A DNA stretch of 64,000 nt from the human T2T-CHM13v2.0 reference genome, Homo sapiens. A program made the translations under genes and the position numbers. The notes beneath the pieces are model-generated. The model saw only the letters and a list, made by a program, of their open reading frames with translations. It was not told the DNA's origin and ran no database searches. Positions 30,518 to 47,319 of this stretch are shown piece by piece; the stretch's first letter is position 1; every line of letters starts with the position of its first letter. Location of the stretch: assembly GCF_009914755.1 (NCBI RefSeq), contig NC_060925.1; one strand, given 5' to 3'.

Positions 30518-32974
30518 CAGCCTTTCTAAATTCTAGTTTTTTCATCCAGAAAATGGAAATAATAATATTAGTTATTATAAAGTTATTGATGATTAAATAC
30601 AATAATGTAGGTAAAAAATTTAATATATGCCTACCACATGATAAATAAGTAATTTTTGAAAATTATGTGTTTGTATGCCTCTCAGAAACCTTATAAAAAC
30701 AAGGTATTCTATCAGCAAACAAATGAAGACTTTTATGACCTTTTCTCTTTTCATACTTGCTCAGACTAGCAAAATATTTTTCTGCCCAAAGAGTGGCAAT
30801 GATGAGTAGAAGAAAGAGCACGGGCTTTGGAATTGGATAGAGGTGGTGTCAGAGCTCAATCTATAAATTATTAGCCGTGTGAATTTCAACTGTGCATCCT
30901 TCTGGCTCCATCTGACCAGTCCCAGGTCCTGGGTTTCCCATTTCTACCTTGCTAGAACTCTATGATGCCTGTTTCTTTCTGCTCCTACCATGTAGGTTCC
31001 AGGGCTATAATCCCAAAAGTGGAACAATAACAAGTGTTGGTAAGGATGTGGAGAACTTGGAACCTGGGTGTGTGGCTAGTGGGAAGGTAAAATGGTACCT
31101 TTAGTATGTTGTGCTACTGATTATATTCTGATGTTTCACACCCCCCTATAATAAACAACCTCTTGACTTTTCTGTTATTTCTCCTCTCAAGTCCTCAGAT
31201 AGCCATGGTGGGCTCTTTGTGGCTACCTGTGCCATGTGACCCTGTCTCCTGGTCACAGCTGATTGGACCAGAAGGCAGCTAATATACGTCAATTGTTGTC
31301 CTTTACTTTAGGCCACAATTGAGGAATTTAAGGGTTGATACCTGCCTTAAAATGTTCCTTCCTAGGAATTTGGAATTAAGGCAGAGAGAGAGAGTGGAGT
31401 CTAGACCAGTAACATGGAAATCACTGGCCATGTTTTCTGCCATATAGATGGGAAGAGCAGTGAAATCCAACCTGCCAAGGAGAAGGAAGCAGATGTTTTC
31501 CACAGTGACTGCACCATTTTACCTTCACACTAGCCACACACCCAGGTTCCAAGTTCTCCACACCCTTACCAACACTTGTTATTGTTCCGCTTTTGGGATT
31601 ATAGCCAGCCTAATGGGAGTGAGGTGGTATCTCATTGTGGTTTTGTTTGATTTGCATTTCCTTAATGATTAGTGACACTGAGCCTCTTTTCATGTTCTTG
31701 TTGGCCATTTGTCTATCTTTTTTGGAGACATGTCTATTCAAGTCCTTTGCCCATTTTTAAATTTGTTTGTTTATGTTATTGTTATTGAGTTATCAGAGTT
31801 CTTTGTATATCCTGGACATTAACCTCTTATTAGATAAATGATTTGTAAATACTTTCTCCCATTCTATGTGTTGATGGTATGTTTTGATGCACAAAAGGTA
31901 AGTGCATCAAAATATATTACTAATAATATATAATTAGTAATTTATTAGTATAAGTAATATAAGATATATTACTTCTCTTTTGATGGTATAAATTATCTTT
32001 TGATGGTGTATTTTGATGCACAAAAGTTCTTAATTTTGATGAAGCTCAATTTACCTATTTTTTTTTTTTTATTACCTGTGCTTTTGGTATCAGGTCCGAG
32101 AAGTCATTGCCAAATCCAATGTCATGGGCTGGTGCCCTGTTTTCTTCAAAGAGTTTTATAGTTTTAGGTCTAAATTTAGGTCTTTGATCCATTTTGAGTT
32201 AATTTTTTAATATGCTGTGAGATGGGTACAATTTATTCTTTTGCATGTGGATGTGTGGTTTTCCCAACATCATTTGTTGAAGAGACTATCCTTTCCCTAT
32301 TGTGTATGTTTGACGCCCTTGTCAAAGACCATTTGACCACAAACATGAGGGCTTATTTCTGGGCTCTCTATTCTATTGTAGTGTGTATACTGTCTTTTTG
32401 CCGGTACGATACTGTTTTGATTACTATAGCTTTGTAATATATATTGAAATCAAGAAGTATGAGATCTTTAGCTCTGTTTTTCTTTCTCAAGATTGGCTGT
32501 TTAGGGTACTTTGAAATTCTATATGGTTTTTCTATTTCTGAAAAAAAAACAGTTAGGACTTTATAGGGGTTTCATTGAATCTGTAGATAGCTTTGAGTGT
32601 TACTGTAATCTAAACAATACAATGTCTTTCCAATCCATGAGTATGGATGTCACTGTATTTATTATTTTTAGAAAGATGCCTTCAGCAATATTTTGCAGTT
32701 TTCAGCGTACAAGTCTTTACCTCCTTGGTTAAACTTATTCCCACGTATTTTATTATTTTTTATTATATTGCAAATGAAATTGTTTTCTTAATTTCCTTTT
32801 TGGTTTGTTAAATGTAAATGTATAGAAATACAATTGATTTTTGAGTGCTGATTTTGTATCCTGCAACTTTCCTGAATTCATTTATTAGGTCTAACAGTTT
32901 TTCTTTTGAGTATCTACATATGAGATCATGTCATCTGCAAATAGGGATAATGATACTCTTCCTTTCCATTTAAT

Positions 32975-33268
32975 GACTTTTTCTTCCCTCCCTCCCTCCC
33001 TCCCTCCCTCCCACTCTTCCATCCTTCCTTCCTCTCTCCTTCTTTCTTCTCTTCTCTTTCTCTTTCTTTCTTTTTTTCTTTCCTTCTTTACCCTCCCTTC
33101 CTCCCTCCCTCCCTCTCTCTCTCTTTCTTTCTCTTTCTTTCTTTCCTTTCCCCTTTCTTTCTCTTTCTCTCTTTCTTTCTTTCTTTCTTTCTTCCTTTCT
33201 TTCTTCCTTTCTTTCCTTTCTTCCCTTTCTTTTTCTCTCTCTTTTTCTTTTTTCATTCTTTCTTTCCC
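32975..33268. repeat. ~290-bp polypyrimidine (CT/CTTT/CCCT) tract
   Basis: Almost purine-free on the + strand. Confidence 0.92.
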
Positions 33269-33569
33269 TAGTTTCTCTGGCTAAAATTTCTACTACTGTG
33301 TTGAACAGAAGTAGTGAAAGTGGATGTCCTTGTCTTGTTCCTGATCTGAGAGAAAAACTTTTCAGTTTTTGACCATTGAGTATGATGTTAGCTGTAGGTT
33401 TTTCATATGTGGCTTTTGTTTTGTTGAAGGAGTTTCCTTTTACCCTAGTTTATTGACTGTTTTTATCATGAACAAGTGTTAAAATTTTCAACCTTTTTTC
33501 TATATCAGTTGAGATAATCATGAAGTTTCCCCCATTCATTCTTGGAATGCAGTGTGTTATATTGATTAA

Positions 33570-33969
<400 letters not shown>

Positions 33970-34871
33970 AATGTATAGTCCTTTTAATATGATGCTGAAT
34001 TTAGTTTGCTAGCATTTTGATGAGAATTTTGCATCATATTCAAAAGGTTATTAGTCTGTAGTTTTATATCTTGTGATGTTTTTATCAGGGTAATGCTGGC
34101 CTCGTAGAATGAGTTAGGAAATATTAACTCCTTATCTATTTTTAAAAGTTTTTAGAAGACTTAGTGTTAATTCTTCTTTAAATGATTGGTAGAATTCACC
34201 AGTGAAGCCATTTAATTCTAGACTTTTTAAAAAATTTGAGTTACTAATTCTATCTTTATACTTGTTATAGGTTTGTTCAGAATTTCGATTTCATTTTCGG
34301 TCAGTACAGGTAATTTGCATGTTTCTAGGAATTTGTTTATTTTACCTTAGTTATCCAATTTTTTTGTGTACAATTGTTCATACTATTTTTTATAATCCTT
34401 TTTATTAAGTATTTCAGCAAAACCAATAGTAACAACCACTTTCATCTCTGATTTTTATTTCTTTGTGTCTTCTCCCATCTTTTTTTTTTTTTGTTAGTCT
34501 AGGTTATGGTTTGTCAATTTTGTGAGTATTTTAAAATAAGCAACTTTTGGGTTTATTGATTCTATTGTTTTTCTATTCTCTATTTCATTTATCTACACTC
34601 TCATCTTTATTGTTTCCTCCCTTCAGCTAGCTGTCATTTTGTTTTGCTTTTCTTTTTCTTATTCCTTAAGATGTAGGTTTAGATTATTGATTTTAGATCT
34701 TTCTTCTTTTTTAATGTAAGCATTTTCAGGTATAAAATTTCCTCTTAGTAGTGTTTTTGATGCATTGAATCAGTTTTAGTGTGTTGTGGTTTATTGTCAT
34801 GTCTCAAGGTATTTCTAATTTCCTTGTGAGTTCATGTTTTATTCATTGATTGTTTAAGAGTATGTTGTTTA

Positions 34872-35164
34872 GGCCGGGTGTGGTGGCTCACGCCTGTAAT
34901 CCCAGCACTTTGGGAGCCCAAGGCGGTTGGATCATGAGGTCAGGAGATCAAGAACATCCTGGTTAACACAGTGAAACCCCGTCTCTACTAAAAATACAAA
35001 AAATTAGCCAGGCATGGTGGTGGCTGCCTGTAGTCCCAGCTACTCAGGAGGCTGAGGCAGGAGAATGGCGTGAACCTGGGAGGTGGAAGTTGCAGTGAGC
35101 CGGGATCGCGCCACTGCACTCTCAGCCTGGGCAACAGAGCAAGACTCCATCTCAAAAAAAAAAA
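34872..35164 (+). mobile_element. Alu (Y-like)
   Basis: gagaatggcgtgaacc; TSD aaragtatgttgttta. Confidence 0.92.
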
Positions 35165-35445
35165 GTATGTTGTTTAATTTTCACATATTTGTGAATTTTC
35201 CAGTTTTCTTTCTATTATTGATTTCTAGTTTCATTCCATTGTGGCTGGAAAATATATCTTGTATAATTTTAATCTTTTAACACATTTCTTGCAGGACAGG
35301 TCTACTGGTAGCAAACACCCTCAGCTTTTGTTTGTCGGGAAACATGTTGATTTCTCCATAGTTTTGAAGGACAGTATAGAGTTCTTCATTGACTATTTTT
35401 ATTTATTTGTTTATTTTCATGGATCATATGTAAGACTTCAGGTGA

Positions 35446-36194
<749 letters not shown>

Positions 36195-36697
36195 TCTTTT
36201 GTTGCTTTTAAGATCCTCTTTTTGTCTTTGGCTTTTGACAGTGTGCTTATAATGTGTCTAGGTGTGGGTATTTTGGTGTTTGTCCTAACAGTGTTCATTG
36301 AGTTTCTTGGATTTGTATATTTATATCTTCTATGAAAGTCAGGAAGTTTTTTACCATTATTTCTTCAAATATTCTTTTGCTCCTTTTTCCCTTTTCCTTC
36401 TGGAACTCTCATAATGTGTATGTTTGTCTACTTGACAGTGTTCCACAGGTCCCTTAGACTCTACACTTTTTGCGTTCTTTTTTTTTTCTTTTTCTCACAC
36501 TTGATGACTTCAATGATTCTATCTTTAAGTTGGCTGATTCATTTTTCTGCCTGCTCAAATCTACTGTTGGACCCTATAGTTAATTTTTTCATTTCAATTA
36601 TTTTATTTATTTTCAGTTCCAAAATTTGTCTTGTTCTTTTTAGATATTTTTTATTTCTTTATTGATAATCTCTTTCTCTCTCTCGTTCTCTCTCTGT

Positions 36698-36848
36698 TTT
36701 ATAGAGTTGGGGTCTCACTCTGTCACCCAGGGTGGAGTGTAGTGGTACAATCATAGCTCAGTGCAGCCTCAACTTCTGGGCTCAAGTGATCTTCCCACCT
36801 CAGCCTCCCAAATAGCTGAGATTACAGGCATGTACCCCTGTACCTGAC
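36698..36848 (-). mobile_element. FLAM / Alu monomer
   Basis: Single antisense monomer. Confidence 0.8.
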
Positions 36849-37886
36849 TTCTCATTTTGTTCATCCATTGTTATACTGATTTCCTTTATTTTTTTTGTGT
36901 CTTTCTTTAATGATTTGATCATACTTTAAACCGTTTTTTTAAAACCTTTGTCTAGTAACTCCAATTTCTGTCCTTCCTCCAGGATGGTTTCTGTCAATTA
37001 ACCTTGGTCCTTTGAATTAGTCATATTTTTGTATTTTTTTGTATGCCTTGTGATTTTTCACTGAAAACTAGACATTTGATTACTACAATGTGGTAACTCT
37101 GAAAATCAGATTCTCCCCTTCACCAGGATTTTCTGGCTCCTTTTCTTTTTTTTTTCTTTCTGTTATTGAAGTCTATAGTAGCCTGTTTGTTTAGTGACAT
37201 TCCCAAGCTATATTTCAAATACTATATTTTTTGTTGACATGGTAACTAAAGTCTCTGTTCCTTAGCTTGAGTTCAGCTAGTGTTTTGACGGAGAATTCCT
37301 TGAATGCTAGGAGCTGTCCTACTCTTTGCAAATTGACTCTGTGCTTGGGATTTCCTTCAACTCCATGCTAGGCTTGCACTGTGTCTAGGGATCAGTCTAA
37401 GGTGAAAGCTTAGGTTTTCTCAGGTCTTTTCTGAGCATGCATCTTGTTCTGGGCATGGACATGTCTGTCAAAATTCCCCATTTACTTTTGAGTGTCCTAA
37501 TTTCCCAGAGAAATTCTACACAGATTTTGCCTTAGGTAGTCTGTTATATGTTGACCTGTAATCTTTTCTCCCAGGCATCTTAGGGTTGTTATTTTGGTTT
37601 GCAATATTTTTTAGCTTTTTTTGGCCTCAGTCCTGAGTTAGGCAAAGCAGAGAGAAAATCAACTTGCATCAATTTTTCTGTGTTAGCCCCTATACAGGTT
37701 AGAATAGAAATGTGGCTCAGACAAATGTGACATATACAATAACTTGCAAATAAAGTCTGCTCTGATCCCTCCAGAATTGGGGAAATGGTCTTGCACTGGG
37801 AACTTGGGCCATTGCCTCATCAGCATCAATCACTACTGCTTTCAGATAGCTGTGACATAGGAGAGGGGTGGGGCAAAGACATCTAG

Positions 37887-38258
<372 letters not shown>

Positions 38259-38692
38259 TAGTAAGGATTTTTATTGTCAAACAAGATGTCATAATAGAAG
38301 ACACAAATAAATTAATTGTTCTGATAATTTTAGACTCCAGGGCCTCTCTATGGAAAGGTCAGCTTCTTATGCAGACAAGATACTATCCAAAACCAAAAAC
38401 GGGTATTTGAGACAGTGTTCAAGACAATGACTGAACTTGTCCACAGTGAGGAGAAATAAGAAGGCAGTTTCCCTATTTCCTTTCCTCAGTGAGGTTATGT
38501 GTTGCATAAAGGGAGGTGGCTCATTTTGGTGAAAAATGCTTTCATACAGAAAAGTTTGAATTCTTTTACCTCCCCTTGTAGATGTTTCAGGCTCTGAACA
38601 AGGAAATCAAAATACGGTAACACTGGCTTCACATGAACCTCAAGACTATAATCTAACTGTACCTACCATCTTCTTTACTTTAGAAAAGTTTA

Positions 38693-38980
<288 letters not shown>

Positions 38981-39393
38981 TGTTTAACGTCCATTTACCT
39001 ATACCAAATCAGTAGACTGAATTTTCTCTCTTAGTAAGTTTTTAACCAAATTGGAGTTAAATTAATCTCATTTTAAAGTGCAAGGAAAGCTTTGCAAGAC
39101 TAGTGTTTGTTCTGTGGCATAGAAAGAGGAGCATGCCTCCCCTGGCACTGACTTAAGAGGCCCCACATGAAGAACTGGCTGCAGGACAGTGATCCATTAA
39201 GTCTACCAAAAAGCGGGGGGACTCAAGGTTCAGCCTAGAAAGAGGGTCCCTGCCAAGTCTGGCTTTTACCTGTACCCAGGTCCCAAACAGATCTTGGGTT
39301 CCCTAAGTGACAAGGCTGGAGCACAGTGCCAGTCGTCAAGAGGGCCAGAGTCATCTCAGCGAGTCAGTGAGCATCTCTTAAAGTTCTTATCTA

Positions 39394-39893
<500 letters not shown>

Positions 39894-41109
39894 ATATATA
39901 TATATAGAGAGAGAGCCAAGTTAAAAGGGGAGTGGGGCAAGAAACCCTCTTTACCAGAGGACTGGAAGAGAAAGCACTCTAGAAGCCAGTGGGTGTGAGC
40001 ACATTCAAGTCACCGGGTTTGAGATGATGGGTCCGTGGCAGCTGTTTATTCCCTTCCATCACTGGGATGTCCATCTTGGGCGGCTTCAAGTTTGCTGGAT
40101 CTCTAGTCATGTGGTTGGCCTGGGCATGGATCAGTTCCACTGGAGAGGGCTTCTGGGCTCCTTGGTAGGCCTGGGTGGCAAAACTTCCAGAATCATCCTT
40201 CTGAAGGGATCTCGGTCCAAAGAGGCTCCACTTATCTGACAAGTTTCTGTCCTTATCTCCACTTCCAGAATCCATGGTGCTGGGATTTGGGCCAGGTAAA
40301 GCTGTGGAAGAACCAGAAGTGAACCAGCCTCTGGGTCTCTGCTCAGGGGAAGAGTGAGGAGTGCAGCTTGGGGCTGACTGGGCTGATGCAGGCTGCCTCT
40401 CTTCTCTTGTTCTCTCTCCACTCTGTAGCTTTAGTTGGTGGAGCACTTCCGCCACTCGAAGGTACTTGGTCTCCTCTGCGGTGAGGCCCTTGTGTGGTGT
40501 GTAGCCAGCACCTCTCAACCCTGCCTGTCGCCCAAAATGCTGAGTACTTTCCTGGGTCTGTTTTGTGAACAGAGAATTCATGATGATATGGGTAGCTTTA
40601 GACTTCACCACTGGGACTGTGTCACACTGTCAATGACAGGGTCATGGCAGGGGCGGGTAGGCTGGTCTCTCCTTCCTCCTCCTTGGTGAGGCACTGATAC
40701 TTGCACTCTGGAATCACTGGCTTCCAGTGGACGCTGCCCGTGTCCGATGGAGGAGTCATGGGCACAGGGTCCTCGAGGGCATCATCATAGCTGGATGCCC
40801 AGCAGTTTATCCTGATGGGCAGGGACATCTTTCCTAGAAGCCCACCCAGCCTCAAGAGCAGGCACTTCTGGTTGTGTTGAAGCCAGTGAAAGACTGGGAC
40901 CCAGGTGCTTTTTCCATATATATAGAATTCTGAGCTGAGTCCCTGCCACCACAGTGAAATGATGTAATGACTAAGCTGACAGATGTTAATGAGGAACACA
41001 GTGCAGCAGCTGCAAATTAGCAAAGCTTCCCAGGAAGAGTGCATCCAGAGGTTCTGCTATCCTGCTGCTGCTGCTGCTGGGCTGCCTGCGGCCTGGAGTC
41101 CGGCGCTAA

Positions 41110-41658
<549 letters not shown>

Positions 41659-41689
41659 TAAGTTTCTGCTGTAAAAAAATATATTTCTG

Positions 41690-41781
41690 TTGAGCCTAGG
41701 AGGTGGAGGTTGCAGTGAACCAAGATTACACCACTGCTCTCCAGCCTGGGTGACAGAGTGAGACCCTGTCTCCAAAAAAAG
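41690..41781 (+). mobile_element. 5'-truncated Alu right-arm fragment
   Basis: ttgagcctaggaggtggaggttgcagtga...gtctccaaaaaaa. Confidence 0.85.
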
Positions 41782-41969
41782 AAAGTTTCTGTTGGGGGAG
41801 AAGAGCTTGGAGGGTCATACTCTGCCATTGTGCTGACGTTGCTGTATTTGTTTTTACATTCAAACTTTCTTTTGTAATAAAATATATCTTGAAAAGCATC
41901 AGTGGTGGTGTGGCTTTATTCATTTTTAGTTTGAGAATATGCACATTTTCTTCCTAATATTTGGCAGTT

Positions 41970-42461
41970 TGAAATAATCAAAAGGCTCAGGACCCAGTTA
42001 AGAGAGTTTATTCAAGTGCACTGTCAGGGTGGCCATCTCAGGACACGTGGACACCAAAGAATGGTGATTGGTGCTCCTGGTGTCCTGGTGTGGGGAAAAG
42101 TGAGGGCTGCTTATGAGGTCAAAAATGGAAGTGTTGAATGGAATCACAGCATTTTCCATAGAGAGGCTAACATGCAGATATAAGATTTGATTGGCTACTA
42201 TCGATTCCACGCTAAGGGGGTGGCTTAACATCCTATTGTAGGGAGATAACAACCACAAGGTCTCCAGCATCATTTTGTGTAGGTTTGAATGAAGAATGGG
42301 AAGTCTGGTTGGCATGTAACATCTCAACACAAAAGTCAGGAAGCAATGGTCATGCACCAGAGGAAAAGAACGGTCATGTTATATGACTCAGTTTGCAGGG
42401 CTTAACTTTTATTCTTAGCACAGTACATTTGGAAGGTGCTAAAATTTTATCTCTTTTCACA
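41970..42461 (-). mobile_element. ERV1 (MER4-group-like) LTR
   Basis: tg...ca ends, antisense AATAAA (gagtttattcaa), ttttatctcttttcaca terminus; subfamily not determined. Confidence 0.5.
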
Positions 42462-42865
42462 TACGGCAGGCGGATACATCAGTGTCCCAGGCGGGGCTGG
42501 CTATGCTTTAGAGTACTGGCTGTCCCTGTGTTCTCTACTGTCTATCAAGTGGTACCCAATCTCCTACCACAAAGGGCTCGAGGTTTTCAGCCAGACAACA
42601 GTGTGTGTGCCTTGATTTGCAGCTCAGATAAATATCTTCTCATAGTCAGTTCAGCTGAAAAACATTTATTGAGTACTATATGTCAAGTACGGCAGAACAC
42701 ATGGGGGTATAACTGAGGACATAGAGGATCCATGCTAGAGGAATGTACTTCCAGTGAGAGAACAGACGGTAGGCAAACAATTTTAGGACAATGGGGAGCT
42801 GCCATGATGGAGGCATGTAGATGGTCCTGTGGGAGCACAGAGCAGGAACTTCCTGGAACTGAGCA

Positions 42866-43158
42866 TTTTTGTTTGTTTGTTTGAGACAAGGTCTTACTCT
42901 GTTGCCCAGGCTAGATGCAGTGGTGCCATCACAGCTCACTGTAACCTCCAACTCCTGGGCTCAAGCGATCCTTCTGCCTTAGTGTCCTGAGTAGCTAGGA
43001 ATACAGGCATGCACCACCACACCTGGATAATTTTTAAAATTTTCTGCCGACAGAGGGTCTCACTATATTGCCCAGGCTGGTCTCAAACTCCTGGCCTCAA
43101 GAAATCCTTTTATCTTGACCTCCCAAAGTGCTGGAATGACAGGAGTAAGTCACCGGCC
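42866..43158 (-). mobile_element. Alu (J-type) in an L2
   Basis: Antisense dimer. Confidence 0.9.
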
Positions 43159-43442
43159 TCAGCCCTGGGAGCTGAGTCTTGATGAGAAGTTAGCTAAATG
43201 AAGAAGGAAGGGCCACCAGATGAAAAATTCATAACAAAGCCTGAATGAAAACTCGGGATTTCGGAGTCCTGGTCCAGTGTTTTTCTTACTTATCTGGGTT
43301 TTCAGAATCTCGTCTAGAAGAGACTCATATTCTTGTTTAATCTGGCAGGGCTTTTTTTCTTGTAAGGTTTGTTGGGAAATGAGGTATTTTGACCTGCTTG
43401 ACTGATTCACCTACTAAAAGGATTATATAGTCACTGCTCTAG

Positions 43443-43854
<412 letters not shown>

Positions 43855-44743
43855 TGACCTGCTTGTTGAATGGCTTTCAGAAGGGAGGCTTTGCCTTTCT
43901 TCCTGGGATAGAGTCATCTGAGTTTGTCTTGGCTCAGTTCTAAGTGACTGGTCTCTTTACCTGTCATCCCCATTGCCAGCTTAGATCTAGGCAGCATCCC
44001 ATGAGACTCAATCCTTCCTGGAATCAGATGAGTGGACAGTGGGGTGGGCCCTGCCAGCCCAGCCAAACAGTCAGATCCTCTCCCTGAGGATCTGGAATAG
44101 GGATGCTTCCAGTTCCGGGGACTGACTTGATTAGCTATAGGTTCCAAGTACAGTTATGTAGAGTCAAGTTTCATGGTGAGGCTTACTTAGACAAAGCAAT
44201 AAGCAAACTGAAGTTGTGAAGGAGCAGAAACCCTGAACAGCAAGGGGAAGCCAGCCCATAGGGAGGATATGGGAGCAGGTGTACAGAGAGAAGCCAAGAT
44301 GAGAGATGATGTGGCTTGAGAAACGGTTGCCATTCATTCTCTGGTTCCCTGGAGACCCAGCTGCACTTCCTACAGCTGGGTTCTGTTACATCGCTCTGTG
44401 TCTTGTACAATAAACCTTTTGCTTGAGCTGGCTTGCGTGGGTTTCTGATCCTTCAACAAAAACTTCCTGTGATTCTAGCAGTCCCAAATCGATTTCTCCC
44501 CAGATCTTTCAGCTGACATGATTTCTTCCCCTTTTGTTACCTAGTCTATGAGAATGAAGGAGATTCTGTCGGCATCAGTGATTTTCTTTTTCCAGCTATT
44601 GCAAAGGTATTTTACATTTGCTAGGGGTTAGAGGCAATGACTCGGTACTTTCTCCAACACAGGGGGAGCAGATTCATCGGTGAAGTCAATGATGGCCACT
44701 TACAAGCAGTTCCACATAAGCAGTGTATTGCAACACAGAAGTA

Positions 44744-44850
44744 TTGAATAATTGAAAGCATAACCATACTAATAGGATCTTTGCCTGGCTACATGATAGC
44801 CATGAGAAATATCAGACCACGAGCCAGGGAGACAAGGTGCATAGTTCCAA
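44744..44850 (+). repeat. 107-bp direct repeat, copy 1 (probable donor)
   Basis: Identical to 46314-46420 by base-by-base comparison. Confidence 0.97.
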
Positions 44851-46313
44851 CCTTGCCTCTAATTGGCTGCGTGATTAAAGGCATCAGGGGCGTTCAGTGC
44901 ACCTTGGGGTTTCAGCGGCCTCCTCCCCTTGCTCACAGGCTCAAATGAGACAAGGTATATGAAAGCAGTTTGAAAAGGTACAGAGTGCCTTACCCTGAGA
45001 TATGTGAAGGACTATATTTAGTTACTGGGAGCTGGAAGGGCCTAATGTCTTTCCCACATGTCCTATCAAAGACACATGTGCAGGACAGCTGGTGAATACA
45101 GATCGGTGAAGTGCTGACCCTGGCTGTGCTTTGGAATCACAGTGGTGCTTTACAGACCCAGAGGGGCCGCCTTACCCAGTCTCTCTGAATCTGAAGCTTC
45201 TTGAGCAATGCTTGGCAGCCAGGGCTGAGAATCTCTTCTGCTGCCCTGTCTCCAAGTTAGGCGCCGAACTCTGGGAGTCAGCAGGCCTATGTTGGCTTCT
45301 GACGCTTGGATGTCCCGCCCAGCCCCTGGAGGTCAGAGCCCAGTGAAGAGACAGCAGGAGCCAGAGCCCCCAGCTGAGCACAGACACTTACTCATCCTCC
45401 CCCTCGCTGGCCACACTAATGGGAATAGTTGGGAGAGAAACTCTTCAGTGCTAACAGGCTGCAGCTGCTGTTGTGGCAGCAGCCAGGTGGTGAGTCGGCA
45501 CAGTCGATGCCTGGCTTAATTTGCAGCAGGAAGCGGGGCTGGGGACAGTCTGCTTCCTCTGCCTCTCTTTGTCCCCAGCAGAGCCCTGCCTCCTGGTGAG
45601 CGGTGCAGCTGGGAGAGGTAATTGGATTTGATGAACATCTAGCTCTATGGAGACAGAACACTTTAGGTTTTCCCATGAAGGTCAAAGGCAGGCCAGATAG
45701 TTTTAAGATTTGACCTCTGGCATCTGAAAAGACAAATAATGGAATTTTTTTTTTTTTTTAGTGAGTTTGTGGTTGAAATTTTGGCTATTTCAAATGGGTA
45801 GGAGGGTACACAAAATGACTGAATTTAACCCCTGAGAATAAATTCTGGACTGATCTAGAATCTTCTGGAGAATGGCCTGGCCCTTCCCACCTCTCTAGCC
45901 TCATGTCTTACACCTCACGGATACACTGGCATCTTCCAGGCACGGGCCCACCCCACACTTCCACTTCTGGAAATGTGTTTTTTTCTCTGCATAGGTTGAC
46001 TTTATCCTAACTACCCATTTTGCTGGGCCAACCCCTGTATATCCTTCCAAACTCAGTTTGAGACACTTTTCCAGGCAGGTGCTCTGCCTCCTCCCTGTGT
46101 GAATTTGCATCATAGAAGATCCTGTGTGCAGCTTGCTTGGATCCCTTCTGCCATGCACTGCTGCAGAGGGGGCAAATACTGAGCCGCTCCAAGTCACATT
46201 CTCTTTGCATCTAAGATGGGACTAGTAATACCCATCCCTTAATGATGTGGCAAGGATGAAGTTGACTCATTTGTACCCAGTGTTTAAAATGCCATCTGAT
46301 AGTTAGTAAATGT

Positions 46314-46420
46314 TTGAATAATTGAAAGCATAACCATACTAATAGGATCTTTGCCTGGCTACATGATAGCCATGAGAAATATCAGACCACGAGCCAGGGA
46401 GACAAGGTGCATAGTTCCAA
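46314..46420 (+). repeat. 107-bp direct repeat, copy 2 (probable insertion)
   Basis: Identical to 44744-44850; interrupts a MIR 3' end. Confidence 0.97.
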
Positions 46421-47319
46421 TCAACAAGTGATTGCTACTGTTCCTCTTCTGGGATGACAGGTTTCCACATCTGCCTCCGGGGACTAGCTCAGGCCCTGCA
46501 CTTAGTGTGGGTCCAGTAAGGGTCTGACAAGGACTACTTGAGGGAGAAAGAACCTGATAAGTTTCTTAAAATCATCAATAATTATAATCCGTTTTTTTGA
46601 GCTGATTGTCATTTCTGCCCAATTATTAGGCAGTGCTGTAATGTATGCAAACATAACATTTACATAATACTTTCTGTGTAAGTGGCATGTTCTAAGTAGA
46701 GTAACTTAATATAGTAACCCTATGAGCAAGTCTTATTAACTTTAATTTCATCATTTGCAGTTTGCAAATGAGGAGCAGCCTGGTTCCGGAACTGGTGGCT
46801 CTGATCGCTACACCACAGTGTAGTTGCTAGAAATGCAATGAAAGCTCATCCGAGTGAAAAAGGCCCAGCCAAGCTCAGGCCCCTGGAGGCCAGAATGGAG
46901 TGGGCTTTGGTCTTGGATGGGAAGCACGTCTGTCAGAGAAGGCAGCACAGTTCAGGAAAATACCCCTGGCCAACATTCTCAGATGAAGCCCCTCAAAACA
47001 AGCAGCTTAGGAAGCTCACAGGGCAGAGGAACAAGTGTGCAGGTGGACAGGGCTGGGCAGGGAGAACAGAGCCTTAGTGCCCTCCCCTGGAGGAGGCACA
47101 GAACCTCCCCACATGGTCCTCCCTTAGCCTCAGTCACCAGCTGAGAGAACAGCCTCTTAAAATTGCACCCTCTGCCTGCCTTTGTCTCCCATTTTGTGAC
47201 CCTGAGAAGTCAGGCATCTCTCTCACAGTGTCAGTGTGGCTTTAGAAACGCTGTTTTGTGTCCTTGTTGTTGTGTGCACTTTTTGTGGACACCTATGCCC
47301 TGGAAGGTGCCCCAGTCGC

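Noticed and set aside
41062-41079. (CTG)6 repeat
   Set aside because: Short tract within the pseudogene 5' UTR, far below unstable length.
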